The notes under the pieces were generated by a model. It was not told the DNA's origin, searched no databases, and was given only the letters and a program-made list of their open reading frames with translations. The position numbers were made by a program, and so were the translations under genes. From Candidatus Limnocylindrales bacterium (lineage in GTDB: Bacteria > Chloroflexota > Limnocylindria > Limnocylindrales > CSP1-4): a stretch of DNA of 64,000 bases. How positions within the stretch are numbered: position 1 is the first letter of the stretch; each line of letters starts with the position of its first letter. The stretch spans positions 18,422-82,421 of the forward strand of contig JBBQMH010000001.1 in the NCBI GenBank assembly GCA_038328755.1, given 5' to 3'. Below, piece after piece: positions 1 to 8,810 of this stretch.

Positions 1-141
1 ATCCTGTCCCTGCACGAAAAGGAGTGCAATGGTGGGCCCACGCTGATCCCGCACGAGCAACCGACTTTTGGTCTCCGCATCGCGCAAGCATGCGGTACGA
101 GCATCAGCGACGAGCGCCTCGTCCACCACTGTCGGTTCCGC

Positions 142-357
142 TTACCATTCCGTCAAGGATGGTTGACTGGTTCCTCGCCATGCGCCGAATCCTGCCGCGA
201 GCAATACGGCGATCACCACGATCGCAGCGATGATCACGACGAGGGTGCCTCTGCGTCGGTGTTCGGGCTCAGTGACTCGCGAGATGATCTCAGTTACGCG
301 ACCGAGCCGATGACGGCCAGTCGGATGGATTGCGATTCCGTCGTCCCGTGTGCCCAT
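142..357 (-). CDS. small single-pass membrane protein (71 aa), hypothetical
   Basis: ORF with one hydrophobic helix (LVVIIAAIVVIAVLLAAGFGAW); strong SD AAGGAGAG 6 nt upstream of ATG on minus strand. Confidence 0.4.
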   Translation of the reverse strand: MGTRDDGIAIHPTGRHRLGRVTEIISRVTEPEHRRRGTLVVIIAAIVVIAVLLAAGFGAWRGTSQPSLTEW

Positions 358-709
358 CTACCTCTCCTTTCGTACGGGGTGTCGGTAACTCTGTATCTGT
401 GGGCGTCTGGCGTAGCAAGCGAGCCGAGGGAACAGACTGATGGAGCCGCCTCTTCATGGCAGAGACCACGCATAGTCCGCTGGTTCGTTTGCCGCCAGCA
501 TGAAGAACGCCGTACTGATGTCGACAAGGTTTGGACTTTCCCTCTTTCTTGTCCGCGATGTCCAGCTTCACCGTGGGCTGCAAGCACTAGAGGGACGGAC
601 CCACGCGTCCCGTCGGTGCCATTAACTGCTTCGACTCGTGAATTCTTGAACGGCGAAGACGGTGACGAAATTGGTCGCCGGGGCCGACCAATGGGTCGGC
701 TTCAGTTTG

Positions 710-1132
710 TCATTCGCAAGTACTGGGGATGCTGTTCCATTGCACCAAGACGTCGGCGAGTTGAACGGCGTCGTCGGCCCAGCCTCCGGAGAACGACAAA
801 CCACGGGAGCCGGGCCTCCAGCATCCCGCAATCGCGTAACCGCGACGCGGCGAGGGTCCGAACGTGACGGCGTAGACGTCCACGCCAACCAGATACGAAC
901 CGTTGCGCTCGCGCCACTCGCGGATCGCCACGCGATACGCGGGGAACCCTATCTCCATGGCCGAGTCGAACCGATCTCGAATCTCGACAGCCAGGGCCTC
1001 CGCGCCAAGAGGCGCAGGAGTGTCTGGAGGCGCGAGGGCAGCGTTGAATCCTGGGACGACGACGACGACGAGAAGGAGCACGAGTGAAGCACCAACGACG
1101 AGCAACTTTCCACGTGACCCGCGACTGGTCAC
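710..1132 (-). CDS. hypothetical secreted protein (141 aa from GTG)
   Basis: GTG start overlaps stop of upstream gene (GTGA); N-terminal signal/anchor KLLVVGASLVLLLVVVVVPGFNAALA; high GC3 in this frame. Confidence 0.4.
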   Translation of the reverse strand: MTSRGSRGKLLVVGASLVLLLVVVVVPGFNAALAPPDTPAPLGAEALAVEIRDRFDSAMEIGFPAYRVAIREWRERNGSYLVGVDVYAVTFGPSPRRGYAIAGCWRPGSRGLSFSGGWADDAVQLADVLVQWNSIPSTCE

Positions 1133-1806
1133 TTGTTGTTGGCGATCTTCTTCGACCAGCGGCCGATGATGTCGTAGTTGACAACGGTGTAGAGCTTCGT
1201 ACCCCAGGTGATCTTTGTGTCGACGTAGTTCACCAACGCGCTGTCGTCCAGGAAACCGCCATCGGCCTCCTGCTCCCACTGAAGATATGCGTAGTAGTTG
1301 ACACCGGCCACGATCGTTCCTGGGTCATAGATCCCAAACGATACGTCCTCATATCCATCAATCTTCTGCTCGGCCGCGTCCGCGACGTAGAAGTTTGTCC
1401 AGGGGAGGTTGGAGTCGCGGCCGCCAGCCCAGTTATAGGAGTCTGGCGGGATGACGTTTTGCTCTACTTGGAGCGTTCGAGATGCTCGCTGAGGGATCAG
1501 CGTTGCCGACACCGTCGCCGCGCTCCAACGGATATAGGTGTCCTTGAACCAGTCGCGGCTCGGCGAGCACCATTCGTACTCGGTAGCGTCGTGCCAGAGA
1601 TTATCTACCGAGTACGACCCAGTATCGTTGTTGGGATTGTCGACCCCCGGGTACGCGCCGCCAAGCGAGTCAGAGCCATTCACCGCTCCGTTATTGACGG
1701 TGCAGACCACGTCCGTCGCCAGCGCCCGACCCGGCGACAGGCCGACCAGAAGGGCTGCGATCAAGAGTGTGCTGATCCTTCGCTTTGTACTGATCCTTCG
1801 CTTCAT
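1129..1806 (-). CDS. hypothetical secreted protein (225 aa)
   Basis: ATG at 1806 with GGAGG RBS; signal peptide MKRRISTKRRISTLLIAALLVGLSPGRALA; lower GC than surroundings; ATGA overlap with upstream gene. Confidence 0.65.
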   Translation of the reverse strand: MKRRISTKRRISTLLIAALLVGLSPGRALATDVVCTVNNGAVNGSDSLGGAYPGVDNPNNDTGSYSVDNLWHDATEYEWCSPSRDWFKDTYIRWSAATVSATLIPQRASRTLQVEQNVIPPDSYNWAGGRDSNLPWTNFYVADAAEQKIDGYEDVSFGIYDPGTIVAGVNYYAYLQWEQEADGGFLDDSALVNYVDTKITWGTKLYTVVNYDIIGRWSKKIANNK

Positions 1807-2699
1807 GGTACGACCTCCTTCGGAAGGCTCAGATCGATGGGGAGGAACGGCTCCGGAATCTGGCCCGACCTGACTCTGGCTGAGATGGCAGCGGCGAAGG
1901 CGTTGATCGGTGCCACTAGCCGGACATGGGAAGCGCGTCCGGACCACTCGGCGAGCAGATCGTCCTCTGGGTCAAAGAGGAGTACGTCGTCTTGCTGCAG
2001 AAGCTCGGCTATGCCCGGCCTCCCAACGCTCAGTCTGGCCGACTGGATGGTCAGCCGCGACTCGGTTACGCGTGCCCCGAGATCATCGTCCGCGGGTGTC
2101 TGGGCGAGAAGCGCGCGAATGTTGTCCGTCAGGGTCGCGCAGTCACCTGCCCAGAAGTCCGGGCGATCGGGGCCGAAGCCGAAGCGCGTAACCCACGTAT
2201 CGCCGAGCCACACGTCCACGTCGGCGTCATCGATTACGGCGTTGGTCGAGTCCCGCAGCTGGCACAGTCGTTCGAGTGGCGCGAACCCATCCATCGCGAG
2301 GCGACCACGATAGGCTTTGTTGCCTTCGAGTGCCATCGCGGCGGCACGTCGATCGCGAACGTAGTCGTCGATGCTGTAGTTGGCGTCTAGTCTGACGTCC
2401 TGGAAGACATCGATCCAGAATGGAGCCATACCCGAGGCGCGCAGGCTCATCCGGCCCTCGGTGCGAACGTCTGCGACAGGCTCGGCGACGACGCTGGATA
2501 GATCGATACCCTTTGACGCCGCGAAGGCAGTCAGATCAGCTAAGGCGGCCTGGGCTCGGCGATCGCCTCGCTCGGCGGCCGACCGAAGCCCGGTCATCAT
2601 GAGTCGGCTCGGGTCCTGTGCCTCTGCCGACGTGACAGCGGCCAGAGCAACGACTGCTCCTACCGCCAGGACGACACCGGGGAGCATCCTACGTCTCAT
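1803..2699 (-). CDS. hypothetical secreted protein (298 aa)
   Basis: Signal peptide MRRRMLPGVVLAVGAVVALAAVTSAEA; coherent non-Arg-rich composition; stop overlaps next gene start. Confidence 0.65.
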   Translation of the reverse strand: MRRRMLPGVVLAVGAVVALAAVTSAEAQDPSRLMMTGLRSAAERGDRRAQAALADLTAFAASKGIDLSSVVAEPVADVRTEGRMSLRASGMAPFWIDVFQDVRLDANYSIDDYVRDRRAAAMALEGNKAYRGRLAMDGFAPLERLCQLRDSTNAVIDDADVDVWLGDTWVTRFGFGPDRPDFWAGDCATLTDNIRALLAQTPADDDLGARVTESRLTIQSARLSVGRPGIAELLQQDDVLLFDPEDDLLAEWSGRASHVRLVAPINAFAAAISARVRSGQIPEPFLPIDLSLPKEVVP

Positions 2700-2871
2700 G
2701 CGTGCCTCCTCCTTGAGTTGGCCCTTCTTAATCAGTCATTCCCACCGAACGCAATGCCGTCCCGACGGAACGCTCGCAAGTGGGCGCCGCAACATTCCGC
2801 GGCATTGACGGGACCCTTCGTGCCTATCGAGTCCAATAGGCACGGTCTCCTATCCGTCGGTGAGGCACGCC

Positions 2872-3420
2872 TCACAGCTTCGCCACGCTCGAGAACTGGT
2901 CGTTGGCGGCGCCGAGGACGCCGACCGAGGCGGTGCCCCAGTCCCACTTTGTGCCCGTCCTGTTGGGTCCGCTCCACCAGGCTGGGTGGCCGCCATTGAG
3001 CGGGGTGAACGAGCTGATTTTGTTGTCCCAGCCGATGGCGGCCAGATCCGGCTCGGCCAGGTAGGCCTCGAAGCTCGGGCCCGCGAAGTTCGTATCGCGG
3101 TACCAGCGGACGTACGGGCTCAGGAGGGCGGTGGCGGTCGGGTCGAGGGTCGCCGCTTCGATCCCTCCAGCAGCCTGGACTTCTTCCGTGGCCCGCTGCT
3201 CGGCGGTCAGGAAGCAGCGGATGACCGGGTAGTCCCGATCGTGGCAGTAGAGATCGACGATCGCGCCCGGGTCGATCCGCTGGGCCCCGAGATAGACGAC
3301 CGGGGTCACGTCCCTGGCTGGGACGGCCGAGACCGAGGCGGGCAGCCCGCCGGCGGCGAAGACGGCCAGGAGTGTCCATCCGGCGACGAGTTGCGAGCGG
3401 AGTCTCTGTCGTCCAGCCAT
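2872..3420 (-). CDS. hypothetical secreted protein (182 aa)
   Basis: Signal peptide LVAGWTLLAVFAAGGLPASVSA; GGAGG RBS 8 nt upstream; preceded by conserved leader element. Confidence 0.6.
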   Translation of the reverse strand: MAGRQRLRSQLVAGWTLLAVFAAGGLPASVSAVPARDVTPVVYLGAQRIDPGAIVDLYCHDRDYPVIRCFLTAEQRATEEVQAAGGIEAATLDPTATALLSPYVRWYRDTNFAGPSFEAYLAEPDLAAIGWDNKISSFTPLNGGHPAWWSGPNRTGTKWDWGTASVGVLGAANDQFSSVAKL

Positions 3421-3440
3421 CGGCGTGCCTCCAGGGGTCG

Positions 3441-3600
3441 TGGTCTACGGCTCGGTTGACGCCCAACCGCGCAACCAGGGACGCACCACGAGGGTCGCGG
3501 CTGGTGGGTCGGATGGCGAGAGCGTGAATCACGTCAGGCCGCGGCGTGGGATCGCGCCGAGGGCCGGCCGTCCGGGGTCGCATACCCGCTCCCGCACAGA
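3441..3600. repeat. conserved ~160-nt non-coding element, copy A (candidate cis-regulatory RNA leader)
   Basis: ~80-85% identical with indels to 4958-5130; shared blocks ACGCCCAACCGCGCAA, GGCTGGTGGGTCGGATGGCGAG, AATCACGTCAGGCCGCGGCGTGG, CGCCGAGGGCCGGCC. Confidence 0.6.
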
Positions 3601-4120
3601 GGGGTCGACGATCCGGTCTGGCGCGACGCCCTCGACGCCGGGGGCGATCGAGGGCGTACCTCGAGGCCCTTACCGAACTCGACGCCCCTGGTCCGCTCGG
3701 GGACACGCCTCGGGACGCGACCAGTACGTTCGCGAACAACCGCGAGGGGATGCGCTACTGTCGCTCCTTGGCGCTCGGCCTCTTTTTGGCGCTCGGCCTC
3801 TTTGTCGGCTCGGGCGTCGTCGAGGCCGGTCGCGCGACGCTCATCGGCGGACGCCTCAAGCAGTCCGAGATGCGCTGGACGCCGTGCGATGGGCCGAGTC
3901 GATGATCCGGCCGCCGGTGCGCGGGGCAAGAGGGGGCCGGCGAGGACGGGACCCACGCGAACCAGGGAAGCACCAGGGCTTCAAGCGACGTCTTTGGGAC
4001 GCCGGGGCCGAAGCGAGGGCGGCGCCACGGTCCCCACGCCGCCCTCCGCTTGGCCAACGAGCCGCCAGCCGAGGACCTTGACCCCGGACCATCTCGGCGA
4101 TCCAAAACGCGGATCTTGGG

Positions 4121-4222
4121 TCAGCCAGAGACGCTCCTACCAAACAGGCTAAGAACCAAGACCAAGACCAGAAGGCCCAGCAGAACGATGGCGATCCTGG
4201 GCAACCACTCCGTGGCGGTCAT
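4121..4222 (-). CDS. small hydrophobic peptide (33 aa) MTATEWLPRIAIVLLGLLVLVLVLSLFGRSVSG
   Basis: Not in ORF track (too short); ATG 2 nt after stop of upstream gene, preceded by GGAGGAGG SD; single predicted TM helix. Confidence 0.35.
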   Translation of the reverse strand: MTATEWLPRIAIVLLGLLVLVLVLSLFGRSVSG

Positions 4223-4224
4223 GT

Positions 4225-4839
4225 TCAACCTCCTCCGCTTCCGGTGCCACGACCATCAGCGTGTGCTGTCATGTCAAGCCACGGCAGATTGTCCTGATTC
4301 GAGAGGGGGTTTGGTGGGCGATAGCTGAAACTGCCTTGCACGAACGACCGGTAGTATTCGAGGCCTTGTCCTCCCCCAGTAAAGTCCCCGACGAGCCCGT
4401 TGTACGACCACCAAGGATAGTTGAGTGTCGCAGTCACCTGTCGCCAAGGAGTATTCGTGATCCTCGTCCCGTCTCCACACCAATCGATTCGCTGCTTAAA
4501 CGTCCATAGAAGGACACCAATAGGGTTCCTCCCATCACGGCCCCACGTCCAAGTCCAACATGTCACGGCAACAGCGCCCAGGAGGCTAGAGGTCGGACCC
4601 GTGACCCGAGTGACTGGCGACTGCGTGGTCGTGACTGTCGCGAGACTGGTGTAATCCAGGACAGACCGTTGTTCGGCAGGGCTGAGTCGAGCAAATGCCG
4701 CGTTTTGATCGCTAGCTCGGGCAACGACGTCCGTCAGGCGTGCAGCGTCCCGCGTAGGATTCGCGGCCGCCACTGGCCCGACCACCCCAATGGTCATCAG
4801 AACGGACACGAGGAACGTGGCAACGATCTGAATGCGCAT
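4225..4839 (-). CDS. hypothetical secreted Trp-rich protein (204 aa)
   Basis: Signal peptide MRIQIVATFLVSVLMTIGVVGPVAAA; W-rich mature region (TCWTWTWG, NYPWWSY). Confidence 0.6.
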   Translation of the reverse strand: MRIQIVATFLVSVLMTIGVVGPVAAANPTRDAARLTDVVARASDQNAAFARLSPAEQRSVLDYTSLATVTTTQSPVTRVTGPTSSLLGAVAVTCWTWTWGRDGRNPIGVLLWTFKQRIDWCGDGTRITNTPWRQVTATLNYPWWSYNGLVGDFTGGGQGLEYYRSFVQGSFSYRPPNPLSNQDNLPWLDMTAHADGRGTGSGGG

Positions 4840-4957
4840 TTCTGTCCCCAGCTTTGTTCGTGTTGCTGTTGAGGTCTTGTCCTATACCAACCGATCTTCT
4901 CGACTTGGTCTGCACCTACTCCCACTGCCCGTTCATCCAGACATCGCGGTGGCCCCA

Positions 4958-5130
4958 GGTCGTGGTTTGCGGATCCGGGTACGCCCAACCGCGCAATGAG
5001 GGACGCACCACCAAGGGTGGCGGCTGGTGGGTCGGATGGCGAGGCCGGAAATCACGTCAGGCCGCGGCGTGGAATCACGCCGAGGGCCGGCCATCTCGGG
5101 ACGGGCATCGCTCTCCGCAGAGTGGGGCGG
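4958..5130. repeat. conserved ~160-nt non-coding element, copy B
   Basis: Paralogous to 3441-3600; lies between secreted-protein gene (minus) and histidine kinase gene (plus). Confidence 0.6.
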
Positions 5131-5181
5131 CGAGGCCACCAAGTATGATCACTGCGTGTTCGCATCCAGGGGACGGTCAGG

Positions 5182-6621
5182 GTGACTTCGGCGTCGCGGG
5201 TCGGTTCGATCGGCGGGGCGCGTTCCGCATCCACCGCGTTCGTCGTCGCCCTCGCCATCGACCTCGTTGCGCTCATGGCCCTGGGCTGGCTGGTCGTGGT
5301 CGGCACCCCGGCCATCGATGTCGGTTTCGCCCCTCAGCCTGACGATCGATGGCTCGTCACATCCGTCGCTCCGGGAGGCGTCGCCTGGAACAACGGGATC
5401 CGGCCCGGCATGGAGGTCGTCGGGGTCAGTCCTGGCGACGCGCTCCCGTCGGGCGAATGGACGTCCGTGCTCGTCACCGATGGGGCGGTCCGGATCACCA
5501 TCCAGCGCCACGACCTGCCGCCCGGTCCGGAGCTGTTGGTCGCCGGCATCGTCGCCCTCGGGCTGGCGATCCTTGCCTTCCGCCCCGTACCGTCCGTGGC
5601 CTGGTGGCTTGCCCTTGCGCCAGCGATCGTCACGTCGCTCACTGGCGCACTGATCGTGGATCCGCCGCTCAATCTGGCGTTCGAGCTTGGAGGGCCCCTC
5701 ATCGGCGCGCTCTACGTGGTGGCGGCAGCTCGCCCCGTGGCGCGGAACGCGCGGTGGATCGTTCTCGGGACCGGCGCCGCGTTCCTCCTTGTCTGGGGCG
5801 TGTCGTATGTCACCGCAGGAGAGGACTGGCGCATCCTTCGCGACCTGTCGGTTGCCGTCAGCCTCGCCCTGGCCGCGGTGGCGCTGGGAGTGACCGTCCG
5901 GTCGGCGTTCGCGCGAGCTCGGGCGCGGACGGGGACGGGGACGCCACTGTCCACGCTATCGCCCGTGGCCGCGCTGGGACTCGTCGTCGACGAACTCGTC
6001 CCCGGTCGAAGCAGAACGCGGGTGACCGCCATCGAGCGCGAGCGCGCCCGCCTGGCGACCGAGCTCCACGCCGACGTCCTGCCGGACCTGTCTGCCGTGA
6101 TCCGGTCAATCGAGGAAGGTGCCTCAGGTGAACAGGCAGCCGAGAGACTGCGCGGCATCGCTGCCGAACTGCGAGACCTGATGGCCGAACGGCGGCTGAG
6201 CGTCCTGGAACAGCTCGGGCTTGTTCCCGCTCTGGAATGGCTCGTCGAGCAGGTGGAGGGGCGGACAGGCGTCCGCGTCGAGCTCGACGTGGAAGGCGCC
6301 AGCGTCGATTGGGAAGCACGGCCGCCGCGCGACGTTGAGTTGACGGCCTACCGGGTCTGCCAGCAGGCACTCGACAACGCGCTGCTGCACGCCCGGCCGA
6401 CCAGCATTCGCGTGCGGCTCGATGTGGACGCGGGTCACGCTGAGCTCGAGGTCAGCGATAACGGCGTCGGCATCCGATCCGGAGACGAGGAGCGGGCGCT
6501 CCGGTCCGGCCACCTCGGCCTGGGCGACATGCGTCAACGGGCGGCCGCGATCGGGGCCGCTCTCCACATCGGCCCGCGGCAAGACGGGGGAACGATGGTG
6601 CTGCTGCGCTGGCCGGCATGA
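5182..6621 (+). CDS. sensor histidine kinase, NarL/HisKA_3 type, multi-TM with PDZ-like extracytoplasmic segment
   Basis: TM helices; ERERARLATELHADV H-box; C-terminal HATPase (LDNALLHARP, SDNGVGI, GLGLGDM). Confidence 0.8.
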   Translation: MTSASRVGSIGGARSASTAFVVALAIDLVALMALGWLVVVGTPAIDVGFAPQPDDRWLVTSVAPGGVAWNNGIRPGMEVVGVSPGDALPSGEWTSVLVTDGAVRITIQRHDLPPGPELLVAGIVALGLAILAFRPVPSVAWWLALAPAIVTSLTGALIVDPPLNLAFELGGPLIGALYVVAAARPVARNARWIVLGTGAAFLLVWGVSYVTAGEDWRILRDLSVAVSLALAAVALGVTVRSAFARARARTGTGTPLSTLSPVAALGLVVDELVPGRSRTRVTAIERERARLATELHADVLPDLSAVIRSIEEGASGEQAAERLRGIAAELRDLMAERRLSVLEQLGLVPALEWLVEQVEGRTGVRVELDVEGASVDWEARPPRDVELTAYRVCQQALDNALLHARPTSIRVRLDVDAGHAELEVSDNGVGIRSGDEERALRSGHLGLGDMRQRAAAIGAALHIGPRQDGGTMVLLRWPA

Positions 6622-7232
6622 TCCGCGTGCTCATCGCCGACGACCATCCGTCGACCGCCATGGGCCTCGGCCAGCTGCTCGGTCGCGAGCGCGACCTCGA
6701 TGTGGTCGGCCTGGCCGAGGACGTCGAGGGTGCCCTGACGCTCGCTCGTAGCCTGGCGCCGGATCTGGTCCTCTGCGACATTCAGCTCCAGGGCGAGGCC
6801 GGCGGCTTCGAGATCCTGCGACGACTCGAGCGCGAGAACCCGCCCCCGGTGCTCCTCTTCAGCTCGTTCGACTACCCGGCCTTCCAGCAACGGGCGCTCG
6901 AGCTTGGCGCCCGCGGGTATCTCCTGAAGACGAGCAGCGTCCGAGAGATCGTGGCCGCGATTCGCCATGTCGCGGGGGGCGGCTCGGCCTTCATGGCGAT
7001 GGCATCTCGGGGCAAGGCCACCGAGCCTCGGGCGCCATCCGAGCGGGAGCTCGCGCTCATTCGACTCGTCCGGTCGGGTTTCACCAACGACGAGGCGGGG
7101 GTCCGGCTCGGGATGGGCACTCGCGGCGTGGAGAGCTCGCTCCGACGGCTGTTCCAGCGCTACGGGACCTTGAGCAGGACGGAACTCGTGACCTACGCTG
7201 AAGGGCAGGGTTGGCTCGCACTCGATCCGTAA
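6618..7232 (+). CDS. response regulator, NarL/LuxR family
   Basis: REC domain (IRVLIADDHP...LCDIQL) plus C-terminal LuxR HTH; ATGA overlap with kinase. Confidence 0.9.
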   Translation: MIRVLIADDHPSTAMGLGQLLGRERDLDVVGLAEDVEGALTLARSLAPDLVLCDIQLQGEAGGFEILRRLERENPPPVLLFSSFDYPAFQQRALELGARGYLLKTSSVREIVAAIRHVAGGGSAFMAMASRGKATEPRAPSERELALIRLVRSGFTNDEAGVRLGMGTRGVESSLRRLFQRYGTLSRTELVTYAEGQGWLALDP

Positions 7233-7240
7233 TAGCGGGA
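7232..7240 (+). promoter_or_regulatory. ATAGCGGGA direct repeat 1 (candidate response-regulator site)
   Basis: Exact 9-mer, one of three within 280 nt. Confidence 0.35.
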
Positions 7241-7481
7241 TCGACGCGTTCGCGCGGGGCGATCCGGGACGCAGCGAAGAAGGCGCGCCCGCTCAGCCAG
7301 GTGTCTGGAACCGAGGCTGCCGCCGACCCCCGCGGCCATCGGTCCCGGCGGGTGGATTCAGCTCCCGCCTTGGTCATATCGCGGTTGATCGCGGCCAGTT
7401 GATCGCCGCATGAGAAACAAGATGGTAACGGTCAAGCTGAGCGTCTGGCGGCCGCCCACTATCCCCTTGCACGCTGACCGG

Positions 7482-7513
7482 ATAGCGGGATTCCCCGCGA
7501 CGTTATAGCGGGA
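7482..7513 (+). promoter_or_regulatory. ATAGCGGGA direct repeats 2 and 3, spaced 23 nt centre-to-centre
   Basis: gATAGCGGGAtt...tATAGCGGGAaa ~105 nt upstream of the secreted-protein gene. Confidence 0.4.
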
Positions 7514-7642
7514 AATCATCGCTCGACAGGCTGGTCGCCGGGGGTCAACCTCCCAGCGAGACAACGACGCGAGACGGCCGATGCGCCTTCCGGAGCGCCG
7601 GCTGTTTCAGCTGACCTCGTGGACGACTGGAGGATTGCGGGA

Positions 7643-8062
7643 ATGCACAGGAAATACACCGGTGTTGTGGCTGGATTGCTGCTTTCGATCCTCACCGTCG
7701 GAACGGCGCTTGCGGAGGGGTCCTGGGATTCCTACATCATCAACGCGCACCGCTCCTTCGACTCCCGGACCTGGACGGACCGGGACATAGATGCCAACGC
7801 CACGACAATCAGGTTCGACACCTGCCGGGACGAGAACACGACGAACGGCAGCGATGACTGGGCGAAGGTTTCGTTGCAGAGGATGCGCTTGTTCTTGCCG
7901 GCGGAGAATCGCGGGCAGAAGACCCTCTTCTGCTGGGTGAGTGCTACCGGCGACTGGGGCCGACAACCAGCATCGGACTACCAGTTCCAGCTCGATGACT
8001 ACAGCGGTGGCACGGACAGCTGGAACGTGTTCGACGTCGGTTTCCTCAGAGTATCGTACTGA
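7643..8062 (+). CDS. small secreted protein (139 aa), hypothetical
   Basis: GGAGG RBS; signal peptide MHRKYTGVVAGLLLSILTVGTALA; lower GC. Confidence 0.6.
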   Translation: MHRKYTGVVAGLLLSILTVGTALAEGSWDSYIINAHRSFDSRTWTDRDIDANATTIRFDTCRDENTTNGSDDWAKVSLQRMRLFLPAENRGQKTLFCWVSATGDWGRQPASDYQFQLDDYSGGTDSWNVFDVGFLRVSY

Positions 8063-8069
8063 TCAGGAC

Positions 8070-8810
8070 ATGCAGCTCGCATTCGACGACGTAACGTTCC
8101 GGTACCGACGAGCCTCGCCCCCGGTATTGGACGGCTTCACCTGGGCTGTCCCGTCGGGAAGGACAGTCCTGTTGGGTCCGAACGGAGCAGGCAAGACGAC
8201 CTTGCTCGCGCTTGGAGCCGACGTGCTTCAGCCAGAACGCGGCAGGATCTCGGCCGGTCCGCTGCACCCCGTCGGCCGGACGGAGCGCGCCTCGTACCGG
8301 CGGGCGGTCGGCTGGATGCCGCAGCAGATCCGCGCCGTCCCGGGCCTGACGGCACGAGAACAGGTCGCCTACGCGGCCTGGTTGAAAGGGGCTCCGCGCG
8401 GCCGGGCATGGGAGCTGGCTGTCGGGGCATAGGCGCGGGTCGACCTCGATGGGCTGAGCGATCGCTTGACCTCAGAGCTCTCCGGCGGACAGCTTCGCCG
8501 GGTGGGTCTCGCTCAGGTGCTTGTCCACGATGCCGAGGTCATCCTCCTCGACGAGCCAACCGTCGGGCTGGATCCCGCACAGCGCGCGACGTTCCGGCAG
8601 ATCCTCGCGGCGCTCCCGGGGGACCGCCCGGTCGTCGCCTCGACGCACCAGGTCGACGATCTCTCGGAGCTCTTCGACACGGTTGTGATCCTCGATCGCG
8701 GCCGGATCCGCCACCAGAGCTCGGTCGCCGTGTTTTTCGACCTCGCGCCGTCAGGGTCTCCGCGACCCGCCGAGGCCGCGTATGCCCAGGTCGTGTCCGG
8801 GTCCGATTGA
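8070..8810 (+). pseudogene. ABC transporter ATP-binding protein interrupted by in-frame TAG at 8430-8432
   Basis: Walker A LGPNGAGKTT before the stop; LSGGQ and Walker B ILLDEPT after it in the same frame (...ELAVGA*ARVDLDGLSDRLTSELSGGQ...). Confidence 0.7.

Noticed and set aside
662-1087. Plus-strand 141-aa ORF overlapping the proposed minus-strand 710..1132 gene
   Set aside because: No signal peptide or RBS, and a C-terminal poly-Asp/Arg tail; the minus-strand frame has a signal peptide, a GTGA coupling to the upstream gene and high GC3.
2732-3739. 335-aa Arg-rich minus-strand ORF and overlapping 199-aa plus ORF (2860..3459)
   Set aside because: Composition is junk-like; the nested 2872..3420 minus ORF with a signal peptide and RBS is the credible gene.
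3600-4120. ~520-nt GC-rich gap containing an 18-nt tandem duplication (TTGGCGCTCGGCCTCTTT x2) and several Arg-rich ORFs
   Set aside because: No ORF with plausible composition, signal or RBS. It may be an untranslated region or a decayed gene, but cannot be called.
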